Positions 27,492 through 36,394 of a stretch of DNA of 64,000 nucleotides are shown piece after piece. The notes below the pieces were generated by a model. The model saw only the letters and a list, made by a program, of their open reading frames with translations. It searched no databases and was not told where the DNA came from. The first letter of the stretch is position 1. Every line of letters starts with the position of its first letter. The position numbers and the translations under genes are program-made. The DNA lies in NCBI GenBank assembly GCA_023701205.1, contig JAMPXJ010000006.1:86404-150403 (forward strand). Direction: 5' to 3'. The DNA comes from Oligoflexia bacterium (lineage in GTDB: Bacteria > Bdellovibrionota > UBA1018).

Positions 27492-28979
27492 ATGCCGATT
27501 AACTCAGATGTGGGCTATTTTCTGTGGCTTCTACCCTTAGCTCTCCTCCTTTCGTCGGACCTCCGGGCTACCGAAGACCCCTGCGCGACTTCCGCAACTC
27601 GCACGGCCGCCGCTCCTGACGAGCAGATCCTGAAGATAGAGCAGCTCGCAACCACTCTCGCGGAAGACCTTCGCCCGAAGCACCGCGCGTATCTCGGGCC
27701 CGAGGAGCTTCGGGAGCAAGACACACGGACCCTGGCCAAGTTGCTTGTGACTCGTCTCCGAGAGGGGTGTGAAGCTCCCAAAGAAACCGGCGCATCCAGC
27801 AAGGATCTTCAAGCGGACGTCATCATGATGGTTCCTCACGCCAATTTTGAGGGGATCGCGCGTTTTGGATTTCTCAACCAGCACAAGACTCAAGCCTCGA
27901 TCGGAGCTTCGGACCGAAAGGGCCGCTTTCTCGCGGAACAGGACTTCTCCTTGATGCGCCTTCCTTACAGCGACAAAGGCAAGGAGCTATTGCCCAAGTA
28001 CGCCATCTTGAACCTGAAGGGCGGGGACTTCGGAAAATTTTCGCTTCCGGCGCACTACGGCGATGTAGCGGTGGTTTTCAAGCCTGAGGTGAAGCAGAGA
28101 ATGATCTGGAGCTACACTGACAGTCTAGGGACGGACAAATCGCGCCGGCGTCTGCGCCGCCCCCCGATGACCGCGCAGTACGAAACACCGGAAGCAAACA
28201 GGAAGGCTTGCTACGGATATTGCGAAGCGCAGATCTGGGGCGCCCTCGACCTGACGGATGTCGCCTACCTGATGATCAAGGAAGGGGATAAGGTTCCGGA
28301 GTCGCTCAAGAAGCTGGGAGTCCCGGTCTATTTTTATCGTCCCGAGCCCAATCCGGAACACGCCGCCGGCTTCACCCGGCTGGAGCAGGCTGTAGCGGGA
28401 AATCCAGCCAGGATCAAACGCCCGGATGTCCTCACTTTGAGCGAAATCGAAAAGGCGAAGAATGAACCTGCCGTGAGGGATATTCCAAAGCCATTCCCCA
28501 ATCCGATAAAAAGTATCTTGGTAAGCAAGGAACAAAGCATCCTCTCCGAAAGCGAGCTCCTTGAGCGGATCAGCTCCCCAGAATCCACTCCCGCTGATCG
28601 TGAATCCGATTCGGCATTCGACCCCAAGGAGCAATTGGTCGCCGAGTTGGCCACCCGACCTAAGACGCCAGCGGTGATCCGCAAGCTCAAGGAACTGATG
28701 ACGGATTCCTCCGTTCATATTCGCTCCCAAGCGGCCTATGGTTTAAGCGAGCTTCCTTGGAGCGAATTCAAACGCATCGCCTTGCACTGTCTGAAGGACT
28801 CGTCGGAGGTCGTGAAGCTGGAATGCCTCGCCCTGGTGGCGGATCACCTCACGGACGACGCCGATATCGCCAAGGCGATCAGGGAGCTTGAAGCCGCCGA
28901 GGGTGATTCAAAACTCAAGGATTGGATCAAGGTCTTGCAGGCGAAGCGTCTTTGCGATTCCATGGCTTCCGAGAGGTGA
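27492..28979 (+). CDS. Secreted protein of unknown function with C-terminal HEAT/ARM-like repeats (low-GC island)
   Basis: Signal peptide MPINSDVGYFLWLLPLALLLSS; C-terminal helical repeats (PAVIRKLKELMTDSSVHIRSQAAYGLSEL...); ~50% GC. Confidence 0.55.
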   Translation: MPINSDVGYFLWLLPLALLLSSDLRATEDPCATSATRTAAAPDEQILKIEQLATTLAEDLRPKHRAYLGPEELREQDTRTLAKLLVTRLREGCEAPKETGASSKDLQADVIMMVPHANFEGIARFGFLNQHKTQASIGASDRKGRFLAEQDFSLMRLPYSDKGKELLPKYAILNLKGGDFGKFSLPAHYGDVAVVFKPEVKQRMIWSYTDSLGTDKSRRRLRRPPMTAQYETPEANRKACYGYCEAQIWGALDLTDVAYLMIKEGDKVPESLKKLGVPVYFYRPEPNPEHAAGFTRLEQAVAGNPARIKRPDVLTLSEIEKAKNEPAVRDIPKPFPNPIKSILVSKEQSILSESELLERISSPESTPADRESDSAFDPKEQLVAELATRPKTPAVIRKLKELMTDSSVHIRSQAAYGLSELPWSEFKRIALHCLKDSSEVVKLECLALVADHLTDDADIAKAIRELEAAEGDSKLKDWIKVLQAKRLCDSMASER

Positions 28980-29050
28980 GGAACGCCGTATACCCATCCT
29001 TGCGCCCTAGGCTGACGGAAAAAAGTTTAACGCTGTTTGCCAGTCTCGTG

Positions 29051-29123
29051 CCTCAGTAAACCGGCCCGAGCGGACACCGCCCGGTCCTTCGCAGGGTCTG
29101 CGTGCGAAAGCCCGGCCACGGCA
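29051..29123. repeat. Copy B (5'-truncated, more diverged) of the island repeat
   Basis: cctcagtaaaccggcccgagcgg...ccgcccggtccttcgcagggtctgcgtgcgaaagcccggccacggca aligns with copies A and C. Confidence 0.55.
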
Positions 29124-29372
29124 GGTGCGTCGTCGTTCATAATGCAATGCAACGTGAAGTGCGCTATTTTTCAAGCCCGCTGTGTTCATGGACGAAAGGT
29201 AACTGATGGGATTCACCGCCCAAATACGGTCACTCATTCATGCGGTCACGATCCTCGGATGCCTTCTGACCTCGTATGATGCCTCGGCGACAGGGGGGCC
29301 TCCGAGCGCCCACGGCTATCCCCCATCCCTGAGCACCAACTGAGCGAGCAAGCCCTGGCTCGTCAGGGCCGA

Positions 29373-29822
29373 GTGATCGAGTTTCGAAAAATCCAGGATT
29401 TCACCCGGAAGTTCGGTTCTCAAGCGGCGCTCGCCCGCGAGTCCTTCCTCGATTGGCTTCAATACGTCCATGCCGACGTGGAGCGCGAAGGCGGCAACAA
29501 GGGTATCTTGCCCGAGCTTTTTGACTATGATCTCGACCGCATTTTTCATCCGGACCAGCCCGTCAAGATTCAATACGTCGAAAATGGCAAAGGAACCGCC
29601 GAGAACTTTCTGGAGTTCCTGACGCGCGAATTTCCCGGGACGCGTTGGCAGGTAGAAAAGGTTGCCGCTCTCGATTCTTTCCCAGCCGATGTCCGGACGA
29701 TGGCATCGCGAAAAATGCCGCCCATCGAGATGAAGGCGGAGGTCGCGGCGAATCTGGATCAGCTGGTAAGCTATATGCTCAAGCCACGCGCTACGACTTG
29801 GATCCGCCGGAAAAGGAGTTGA
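29373..29822 (+). CDS. Hypothetical protein (GTG start); possibly the N-terminal part of a frameshifted longer gene
   Basis: Protein-like 149-aa ORF in frame 0; overlaps the next ORF (other frame) by ~180 nt. Confidence 0.4.
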   Translation: MIEFRKIQDFTRKFGSQAALARESFLDWLQYVHADVEREGGNKGILPELFDYDLDRIFHPDQPVKIQYVENGKGTAENFLEFLTREFPGTRWQVEKVAALDSFPADVRTMASRKMPPIEMKAEVAANLDQLVSYMLKPRATTWIRRKRS

Positions 29823-31294
29823 AGGAGTTCATTTCAAAGCTCGGACCCCTCACCAGGAAAAACGCCGTGTCATCAGCGCGCCTTGACCAGCTCAGATCCG
29901 AGCTGGCCTCGCTGTTCTATGGCGCAACGAATTTCGAGCGGGCTTATCCGATCTTTTCACGGGTCGGTTTCGATTCCTTCATGAAGAAGCTCTCCTTTGC
30001 GCATGAGGGAGATTTCGATGGGGAACTGGATAAGTGGTTCAGCAAGGAGTACGTGAAGTGGTCGCCCGCTAAAAAGGAGGGACCCAACGACTGGATGTTC
30101 GAGACGCTTGTTCACAACACCAACAGAGAAAGCTACTGGCAGCTGGAAAGGAATCCTTTCGGGGTGTTGAACGCGGTTTATTCTAGTCGTAATGACGGCT
30201 TTGGTCATGCCGAATCCGGCGACGGCTTCTATGTTTTCGGCAAAGCGCCGCCCTATGCCGCCTATGGGGAAAATCGAATCTATTTTCGAACGGCTCAAAC
30301 GCCCGACACGGCCGCGCTTCGAAGAGGGTCGGCCCTGAAAGACGAGGCGACGATCCTCTATGCCGAGGACTTCCGAATCATCCCGGAAACCTTTCCTTCG
30401 AGTCCCGCCGCCCTGGCGGACGCATTCGTTCGTCCCGAGTCCTTCGCCGACCCGGGAAATCCGGGAAAGATAACGGTGCTTCACCGGCGAATCGATCGCA
30501 ACTGGAGTCCGGAGCTTGTGCGCGAGCTGGATAGAGCACTCGCGGAACGGCCGGATAACCTGCTCTACTATCTTCAGCTAAAAAAGGGTCCGGAATGGGA
30601 CGGACTAAAACGCTTGATTGACTCCAGGGTCGCGGCGAGGACGCTGACGGATGAGGAGCTTTTTGGTTTATTCAGCATGCGACAGTGGAAGCAGGCACCA
30701 GAGATGAGCAAGTGGGTCAGGGAACTTGCCAAGGACGAAGCCCGGTTTGCGCGCCTTGCGACAGGCTTAGCGGCCGCCAACCGATCCTTTGATACGACAG
30801 GAAATCACTTCGCTCAGGCTCTTTTGGAGATCGGAGAAAGGAATCTGGCCAATCAGGCGCTCAGGCAGGCGATGCAGGTACCTCGGCTGCGTAGCAAGAT
30901 GATTGACGTGGTTTTCACCCAGGAGTCGTCGGCAGGCGCCAAGAGGATCTTCGCGCAGCAGGTGAAGTTGGCGCTCAAGGAGAAACATCACTTACCCGTA
31001 ATGACGCTTTTGGATTCGGTTTATCGGAAGCCGCACTCGGTCGCGTTCGAGGACCATCTCGAAGAGATCTGCGCCTATGTGAAGAGGACGAATGACTCGC
31101 AGCTGAACGACGCGTTGATCCGGGCGCTATATCAGGGCCCGGACACCGCACGGCGCTTGCAGCGGCCTGAGATCCGGGCGCTGTTGGATGACAAAGCATT
31201 CCGGAGCAGGCTTTCGGCGCACGCGCGGCAGCAGCTTCTTGAGATCGAGAAGGCGCCATTGAAGTGCACGAAGGCTTTTGAGGGTCTGAATTAG
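29645..31294 (+). CDS. Hypothetical protein, start uncertain; the first ~50 codons look non-genuine, and a -1 frameshift join to 29373.. or a TTG start at 29818 are both possible
   Basis: Long balanced-composition ORF ending in TAG 52 nt upstream of repeat copy C (31347-31410); N-terminal MAGRKGCRSRFFPSRCPDDG... is low-complexity. Confidence 0.5.
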   Translation: MAGRKGCRSRFFPSRCPDDGIAKNAAHRDEGGGRGESGSAGKLYAQATRYDLDPPEKELKEFISKLGPLTRKNAVSSARLDQLRSELASLFYGATNFERAYPIFSRVGFDSFMKKLSFAHEGDFDGELDKWFSKEYVKWSPAKKEGPNDWMFETLVHNTNRESYWQLERNPFGVLNAVYSSRNDGFGHAESGDGFYVFGKAPPYAAYGENRIYFRTAQTPDTAALRRGSALKDEATILYAEDFRIIPETFPSSPAALADAFVRPESFADPGNPGKITVLHRRIDRNWSPELVRELDRALAERPDNLLYYLQLKKGPEWDGLKRLIDSRVAARTLTDEELFGLFSMRQWKQAPEMSKWVRELAKDEARFARLATGLAAANRSFDTTGNHFAQALLEIGERNLANQALRQAMQVPRLRSKMIDVVFTQESSAGAKRIFAQQVKLALKEKHHLPVMTLLDSVYRKPHSVAFEDHLEEICAYVKRTNDSQLNDALIRALYQGPDTARRLQRPEIRALLDDKAFRSRLSAHARQQLLEIEKAPLKCTKAFEGLN

Positions 31295-31317
31295 GCCTGC
31301 CGCTGCAGTCCCGATCC

Positions 31318-31836
31318 TCAGTAAACCGGCCCGAGCGGGCGCCGCCCGATCCTTCGCAACGTCTGCGTGCGAAAGCGCAGCCACGGCACATGCGCGGCGC
31401 GCTCGGCCTGGAGCCCGAGCTGCGAGGGCAGGGGAAGCTTTCTCACCCACGCCGCCGCCTGCGCCACGGCCTCCTCGACGAGCACGGTTCCGGTGTCGCC
31501 GCCGGGCCCGGGAATTCGCGAGTCGAGGTCAATCGGGCTTTCGATGAATGCACGATAATGCGGGTAGGCCCAAAGATGGAATTCCAGCACCGCCGGAAGC
31601 CCGAACTCGCGCACGGCGCCTTCGAGCTCCTGGTAGGCCGAGCCCCCTGAAGACTGCGGGGCCAGGAGCTTTTCGGCATGCAGCTCGATCGGCGCGGAGG
31701 CGGGGCGTTCGGCCTCGCGCTCGCCGGCTTCCTCGAGCACCTCGAGTAGCCGCTCCTCGCCCAGAAGCGCCGCGAGCCGCCGCAGCGTTTCCGCATGGGC
31801 TTCCAGGAGCTGGCAGAGGAATTCCACGATCCGCAT
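31318..31836 (-). CDS. Hypothetical protein (3' end runs into repeat copy C)
   Basis: Balanced composition versus the Arg/Pro-rich opposite frame; high GC, so core genome. Confidence 0.4.
   Translation of the reverse strand: MRIVEFLCQLLEAHAETLRRLAALLGEERLLEVLEEAGEREAERPASAPIELHAEKLLAPQSSGGSAYQELEGAVREFGLPAVLEFHLWAYPHYRAFIESPIDLDSRIPGPGGDTGTVLVEEAVAQAAAWVRKLPLPSQLGLQAERAAHVPWLRFRTQTLRRIGRRPLGPVY
31347..31410. repeat. Copy C of the island repeat, apparent right boundary of the low-GC block; its own 5'/3' ends were not resolved
   Basis: Near-identical to copy A over ~70 nt by direct comparison; also contributes the 3' end of the minus-strand ORF 31318..31836. Confidence 0.65.
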
Positions 31837-31842
31837 TCCCGC

Positions 31843-32529
31843 TCAGTACCTCTTCGGGGTGAAGACCGCCCGCCAATGCGCGGGCGTCGGCGCGGTGATC
31901 GTGCCCCCCGGCCATTCCGCGATGCCGCGCGAAAGCTCGTTGGGATCGGTGAAGCGCGGATCCAGGATCACGTACCACTGCCCGCGCCAGAGCGCGTCGT
32001 CCGGGTTGTCCGTCCTGCTCTCGAGAAACCCCGCGTTCTCGGTGAAGAGCACGATCCCGTGTGGCCAGAGCTGTTCGGTGAGCGTCTGATTCCACCTCTC
32101 GATCAGCGGGATCTGCACCCACGCGTCGAGGATCCAGAAACGCCAGCCCAGGGAGCAGGCCTGGGCCGCGAGCGCGTTCTCCCAGATGCGGTCATAGCGC
32201 TCGAGCTTTTCCTTGGGAATAAAGCTGAAGAGCGCGTCGGGCAGCACGCGCGTGCGCTTTCGGGCGGAAGAGGCCGGGCGTTCGATCAGCTCGGTGAGAT
32301 CCCCGTCGAGACTGGCGCTCAGCCGGAGCTCCTGGACCCGGGTTTCCCATTCGCCGAGGCGCCTGGCCTCGTCGCGCTGCCCTTTGGCCAGGCAGCCGGA
32401 CTTGCGCGCGTGGATCGCGCGATGGATATCCCGGAGCACCGCAAGCTTGAGCAGGAAGGCCGAAGGCCCGCCGCTCTCGCCGATCTGCTTCCAGAGATCG
32501 GTACTGCGCTCGAGAAGGGGGTGGATCAT
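31843..32529 (-). CDS. Hypothetical protein
   Basis: W/F/Y-containing balanced ORF; ATGA overlap with the upstream gene; opposite-strand ORF 31795..32565 rejected on composition. Confidence 0.5.
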   Translation of the reverse strand: MIHPLLERSTDLWKQIGESGGPSAFLLKLAVLRDIHRAIHARKSGCLAKGQRDEARRLGEWETRVQELRLSASLDGDLTELIERPASSARKRTRVLPDALFSFIPKEKLERYDRIWENALAAQACSLGWRFWILDAWVQIPLIERWNQTLTEQLWPHGIVLFTENAGFLESRTDNPDDALWRGQWYVILDPRFTDPNELSRGIAEWPGGTITAPTPAHWRAVFTPKRY

Positions 32530-32936
32530 GACTCGTCCGAAGGTTTCGGCCGCAGGATGGGATAGCTGATGCCCGGGCCCTTGCGGAAATTCGGCGCCTT
32601 CTTGGGCTGCGCCTGGACCTCGGGCGCGGCAAGCGGCGCGAACGCGGAAAGCGGCTTGAGCTCGCGCTGCGCCTGCACGGTGCCGCGGTGGAATTCCAGC
32701 AGCGCATCGATCACGCCCTGATCCTTGAGCGCGGGTTGGTACTCCTGGCGCGCCGTCACCGGACGCGGAGCGGGGGGCCTGGCAGCCCTCCCTGACAGCC
32801 GGGCTCGTGCTGCGGCTAGGGCGCTGGACTTGGGCGCGGCCGGGGTTTCGGGCGCGGCGGGTGCGGCCTTGGCGACCGGGATGCTTTCACGCGCGATCGC
32901 GGCCAGGGAGCCCAGGAGCTGCAACGACTGCTGCAT
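32526..32936 (-). CDS. Hypothetical Ala/Pro-rich protein (start at internal ATG 32936; the longer ORF overlaps its neighbour)
   Basis: MQQSLQLLGSLAAIARE...; stop overlaps the downstream start (ATGA). Confidence 0.35.
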   Translation of the reverse strand: MQQSLQLLGSLAAIARESIPVAKAAPAAPETPAAPKSSALAAARARLSGRAARPPAPRPVTARQEYQPALKDQGVIDALLEFHRGTVQAQRELKPLSAFAPLAAPEVQAQPKKAPNFRKGPGISYPILRPKPSDES

Positions 32937-33025
32937 CTGAGTGAATCCCGGGGCCGGCCCCGGCTCCAGGCGCTGCGAGTGAGAGAGGAGAGCGCGCGCG
33001 AGGTTCGCGAGCTCCTGTTTTTTCT

Positions 33026-33475
33026 TCAGGCCAGAATCCAAAGATCGACCTCCTTGAACTGCCGGGCGATGAACTCCTCGCTCGCGTTGCCGAAGTCCCT
33101 GCGGGAGATCCCGACTTTGGGGATCTTGAGCGAGGCCAGGTTCTTTTTCAGCGCTTGGATCGTTTCGGCCGGGGGCAGGTGGCGTTCCCCGGGGCGATGG
33201 GCGGAGCCGGCTCCGGCGAGGATCAGGTGATAGGTTATTCCGTGGCGGGTGAAGGGAAAATACGCGCATTCCCCCGGGGCTCCGGTGATCGCGCCCGAAC
33301 GCAGGTTGCGCGACAGCGCGCCCTGAAAACGCCAGTCCATCAGGCCCGCCAGTCCCTGCAGCGGGCGTTCGTTCTCGTGAAAGGTCACGACGAGACCTGC
33401 GACTTCGCCTTCAAAGAGGGCCTGTTCGGCCGGGATATCCAGGGAATGATGGACGTGTTTGCTCGCGGAACTCAC
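33026..33475 (-). CDS. Hypothetical protein
   Basis: 149-aa balanced ORF upstream of, and co-oriented with, the two genes above. Confidence 0.45.
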   Translation of the reverse strand: MSSASKHVHHSLDIPAEQALFEGEVAGLVVTFHENERPLQGLAGLMDWRFQGALSRNLRSGAITGAPGECAYFPFTRHGITYHLILAGAGSAHRPGERHLPPAETIQALKKNLASLKIPKVGISRRDFGNASEEFIARQFKEVDLWILA

Positions 33476-33558
33476 CCGATCAGTTTAACCGGTTCGGGAG
33501 GCGGCCCGCAAGCTTGGCGCGGCCCCGGGAGCGCGTCCGTGGGCAGAAACTGCCGAGC

Positions 33559-34008
33559 TCAGTCCTGGGCGGTCCGGGGGGCTTTGCGGAGAGCATCCAG
33601 AATCCCATTGACGAAAGCGGGGGTTTCCGCGCTTCCGAACTCCTTGGCCAGCTCGATCGCCTCGTCGATGACCACGGAGGCGGGGACCTCGGGCTTGATC
33701 AGAGTCAGCTCATAAGCCGCCATGCGAAGCAGCGCCCGGTCGATGAAGGCCATGCGCGCGAGCTTCCAGTTGGCGGCATGGGTCTCGAGCAGCCCGTCGA
33801 TCGCGGGCCCGTTCTGGAGCGTCCCGGCCACGAGCTGGGAGGCGTACTCGCGGATGCCCTGGGGCGTCTGGAAGTGCTCGAAATGTCCCTGCAGCTCGCG
33901 AACGAGTTCCGCGCCAGCTGGCGCGGGCTGGCCGGTGGACTGGGCCTTGACGTCGAATCGATAGAGGATCTGCAACGCGACTTCGCGCGCCTTGTGCCGT
34001 GATTTCAT
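33559..34008 (-). CDS. nusB: Transcription antitermination factor NusB
   Basis: MKSRHKAREVALQILY... N-terminus and ...AFVNGILD... C-terminal motif typical of NusB; 149 aa. Confidence 0.85.
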   Translation of the reverse strand: MKSRHKAREVALQILYRFDVKAQSTGQPAPAGAELVRELQGHFEHFQTPQGIREYASQLVAGTLQNGPAIDGLLETHAANWKLARMAFIDRALLRMAAYELTLIKPEVPASVVIDEAIELAKEFGSAETPAFVNGILDALRKAPRTAQD

Positions 34009-34517
34009 ACTTTGCTTTCGTTGGAATGGATGAAGGGAAACTCAAGGTGCACGGCGTCGCCGGAGCTGGCGCTCGGGATGCCCTGCAGCTCGGCCACGAA
34101 CTCCTCGACGTCGCGGAAGTCGCGGTAAACCGAGGCGAAGCGCACATAAGCGACCTTGTCGAGGCTCTGCAGGTGGATCATGACCATCTGGCCGATCGTG
34201 CGGGCCGGGATCTCCTTGAGGCCGTAGCTCTGCACCTTCTTCTCGATGGCATTGACCGCTTCCTCGATCTTCTGCATCGGGACCGAGCGCTTCTGGCAGG
34301 CTTTCTGGATGCCCTCGAGGACCTTGGCGCGGTTGTAATCCTCGCGCCGGCCGTCCTTCTTGATGACCACGGGCATGACCTCCTCGACCCGCTCATAGGT
34401 CGTGAAGCGGCCTTCACAGCGCGCGCAGGCGCGACGCCGGCGGATCATGTCCCCGGGCTGGTTCATCCGCGAGTCGATGACCTTGGTGTCAGGTGTGGAG
34501 CAAAAAGGGCATTTCAC
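34005..34517 (-). CDS. nrdR: Transcriptional repressor NrdR (GTG start; the longest ORF would start at TTG 34553)
   Basis: N-terminal zinc ribbon KCPFCS...CARCEGRFTTYE and ATP-cone (VIKKDGRREDYNRAKV); 4-nt overlap with nusB. Confidence 0.8.
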   Translation of the reverse strand: MKCPFCSTPDTKVIDSRMNQPGDMIRRRRACARCEGRFTTYERVEEVMPVVIKKDGRREDYNRAKVLEGIQKACQKRSVPMQKIEEAVNAIEKKVQSYGLKEIPARTIGQMVMIHLQSLDKVAYVRFASVYRDFRDVEEFVAELQGIPSASSGDAVHLEFPFIHSNESKV

Positions 34518-34569
34518 TCTTTTGCTTGTAGCTGATCCGGGGAAAGCGATCAACCCTCGTCGCGCCCGC

Positions 34570-35883
34570 TCAGCCGTAAAGCGGGAATTTCCCGCAGAGT
34601 TCCCGGACTTCCGCCCGGATGCGCCCGAGCTGCGCGGCTTCGCCCCGGGCCTGCAGCGCCTGCCGGATCCAGACGCCGATCTGCCGCATCTCCGCCTTGC
34701 CCATCCCCCGCGTTGTGATCGCCGGAACGCCGATGCGGATGCCGCTGGTGACGAACGGGCTGCGTTTTTCGTTCGGAACCGTGTTCTTGTTGACCGTGAT
34801 CCCCGCCTGATCGAGCCAGGCTTCGGCCTCTTTACCCGAAATGGAGCCGTCGAGAGAGGCAGTCAGGTCGATGAGCATCAGATGGTTGTCCGTGCCGCCG
34901 CTCACGAGCTTGAATCCCTGGCTCATCAGGGCGTCAGCCAGCGCACGCGCGTTTTCCAGGATCTGCTTTTGGTAGGCCTGGAACTCGGGAGTGAGCGCTT
35001 CGCCGAAGGAGACGGCCTTGGCCGCGATCACGTGCATGAGCGGGCCGCCCTGGATCCCCGGGAAGATCTGGGAATTGACGGCTTTCAGCCGATCGGCAGC
35101 GGTTCCGAGGGTCTCTCCGGGGGAAGGGCCCCGGCCGACCAGGATCAGCCCGCCCCGCGGTCCGCGAAGCGTCTTATGGGTGGTCGAGGTCGTATAGGTC
35201 GTATGGGGAAGCGGGGAAGGGTGCAGGCCCGCCGCGACCAGCCCGGCGATATGGGCCATGTCGACCACGAGGTGCGCGCCGGTTTCGCGCGCGATCCCGC
35301 CCAGGGCTTCGAAATCGATGATCCGCGGATAAGCGCTTGCGCCCGCGACGATGACTTTTGGCTTTTCCCTGCGGGCAAGCTCCCGGATCTGATCGTAATC
35401 GAGCCGCTCCGTCGCCGGATCGAGCCCATAGCTCACCACCCTGAACAGGCGGCCGCTGAAATTCACGGGGCTTCCGTGAGTCAGGTGCCCGCCATGCGAG
35501 AGGCTCATGCCCAGCATCGTGTCACCCGGGCTCATGAGCGCGAGGTACGCGGCCATGTTGGCCTGCGAGCCCGAATGCGCCTGGACGTTCGCGGCCTCGG
35601 CTCCGAAGAGCCGGCAGACGCGCTCGATCGCGGCCGCTTCGATCTGATCGGCGAACTCGCAACCGCCGTAGTAGCGCTTGCCCGGGTAGCCTTCGGCGTA
35701 CTTGTTGGTGAGGATGGAGCCTTGGGCTTCCAGGACCGCGCGGCTGACGTAGTTTTCCGAAGCGATGAGCTCCAGGCCCGTCTCCTCCCGCTCATGCTCG
35801 CGCCCGATCGCCGCATGAATCACGGGATCGGCGGATTGGAGATCGCTCAGGAATTTCTTCGAAGAGTCATGGGGCATCGTCAT
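34570..35883 (-). CDS. glyA: Serine hydroxymethyltransferase
   Basis: [40 protein letters not shown] motifs. Confidence 0.95.
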   Translation of the reverse strand: MTMPHDSSKKFLSDLQSADPVIHAAIGREHEREETGLELIASENYVSRAVLEAQGSILTNKYAEGYPGKRYYGGCEFADQIEAAAIERVCRLFGAEAANVQAHSGSQANMAAYLALMSPGDTMLGMSLSHGGHLTHGSPVNFSGRLFRVVSYGLDPATERLDYDQIRELARREKPKVIVAGASAYPRIIDFEALGGIARETGAHLVVDMAHIAGLVAAGLHPSPLPHTTYTTSTTHKTLRGPRGGLILVGRGPSPGETLGTAADRLKAVNSQIFPGIQGGPLMHVIAAKAVSFGEALTPEFQAYQKQILENARALADALMSQGFKLVSGGTDNHLMLIDLTASLDGSISGKEAEAWLDQAGITVNKNTVPNEKRSPFVTSGIRIGVPAITTRGMGKAEMRQIGVWIRQALQARGEAAQLGRIRAEVRELCGKFPLYG

Positions 35884-36359
35884 TTGGATTTTGTCTCGAG
35901 TCGTTCGATTTTTTCCACGCGGGTCCGGTGACGGTCGTCTCCGCTGAAGGGGGTTTCAAGCCAGACCTTTGCGATTTCCGCGCCGTATTCGGGCGCCACG
36001 AAACGGGAGCCCAGGCAAAGGACGTTGGTGTCGTTATGCTCGCGAGCGAGGCGGGCGGCCACCGGGTTCTCGACCGCCGCCGCGCGGATGCCGCGGATCT
36101 TGTTCGCCGCGATGCTCATGCCGATGCCGCTGCCGCAGATGAGGATCCCGCGCGGCACGTCGCCGTCGGAAACGCGGCGAGCGAGCTTTTCGGCGAAATC
36201 GGGATAATCCACGCGATTGCCGTTGATGGGGCCGAGGTCCTCCCAGTCCCACTCCGGCAGGGACTTCTGGATCGCGGCCTTGAGCTCGATTCCGGCATGA
36301 TCGGAGGCGATGAGGACCTTTCGCGTCCGGGGAGCGCGCTTCGAAGGTGATCTGGCCAT
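35880..36359 (-). CDS. rpiB: Ribose-5-phosphate isomerase B
   Basis: [11 protein letters not shown]...[17 protein letters not shown]... RpiB/LacAB signature; ATGA overlap with glyA. Confidence 0.85.
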   Translation of the reverse strand: MARSPSKRAPRTRKVLIASDHAGIELKAAIQKSLPEWDWEDLGPINGNRVDYPDFAEKLARRVSDGDVPRGILICGSGIGMSIAANKIRGIRAAAVENPVAARLAREHNDTNVLCLGSRFVAPEYGAEIAKVWLETPFSGDDRHRTRVEKIERLETKSK

Positions 36360-36394
36360 TGAAGTCTCCTTTCGCGGAGCTTGTGCGACCCGGT

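Noticed and set aside
26862-31410. Calling the three repeat copies bona fide integron attC sites
   Set aside because: No intI is present in the window and I could not convincingly identify RYYYAAC/GTTRRRY core pairs by eye (only TTAGGC at the 5' edge of copy C); kept as a cassette-like observation rather than an integron call
31795-32565. 256-aa plus-strand ORF versus minus-strand 31843..32529
   Set aside because: Plus-frame product is Arg/Pro/Gly-rich and aromatic-poor; the minus-frame product has normal composition and operon-style overlaps, though neither has known homology
34402-35931. 509-aa plus-strand ORF antisense to glyA; similarly 39307..40470 antisense to fabD/fabH, 48571..49704 antisense to the peroxidase, 51174..52220 antisense to the helicase
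   Set aside because: Each is the reverse complement of a gene with diagnostic active-site motifs; compositions are Arg/Gly/Asp-biased
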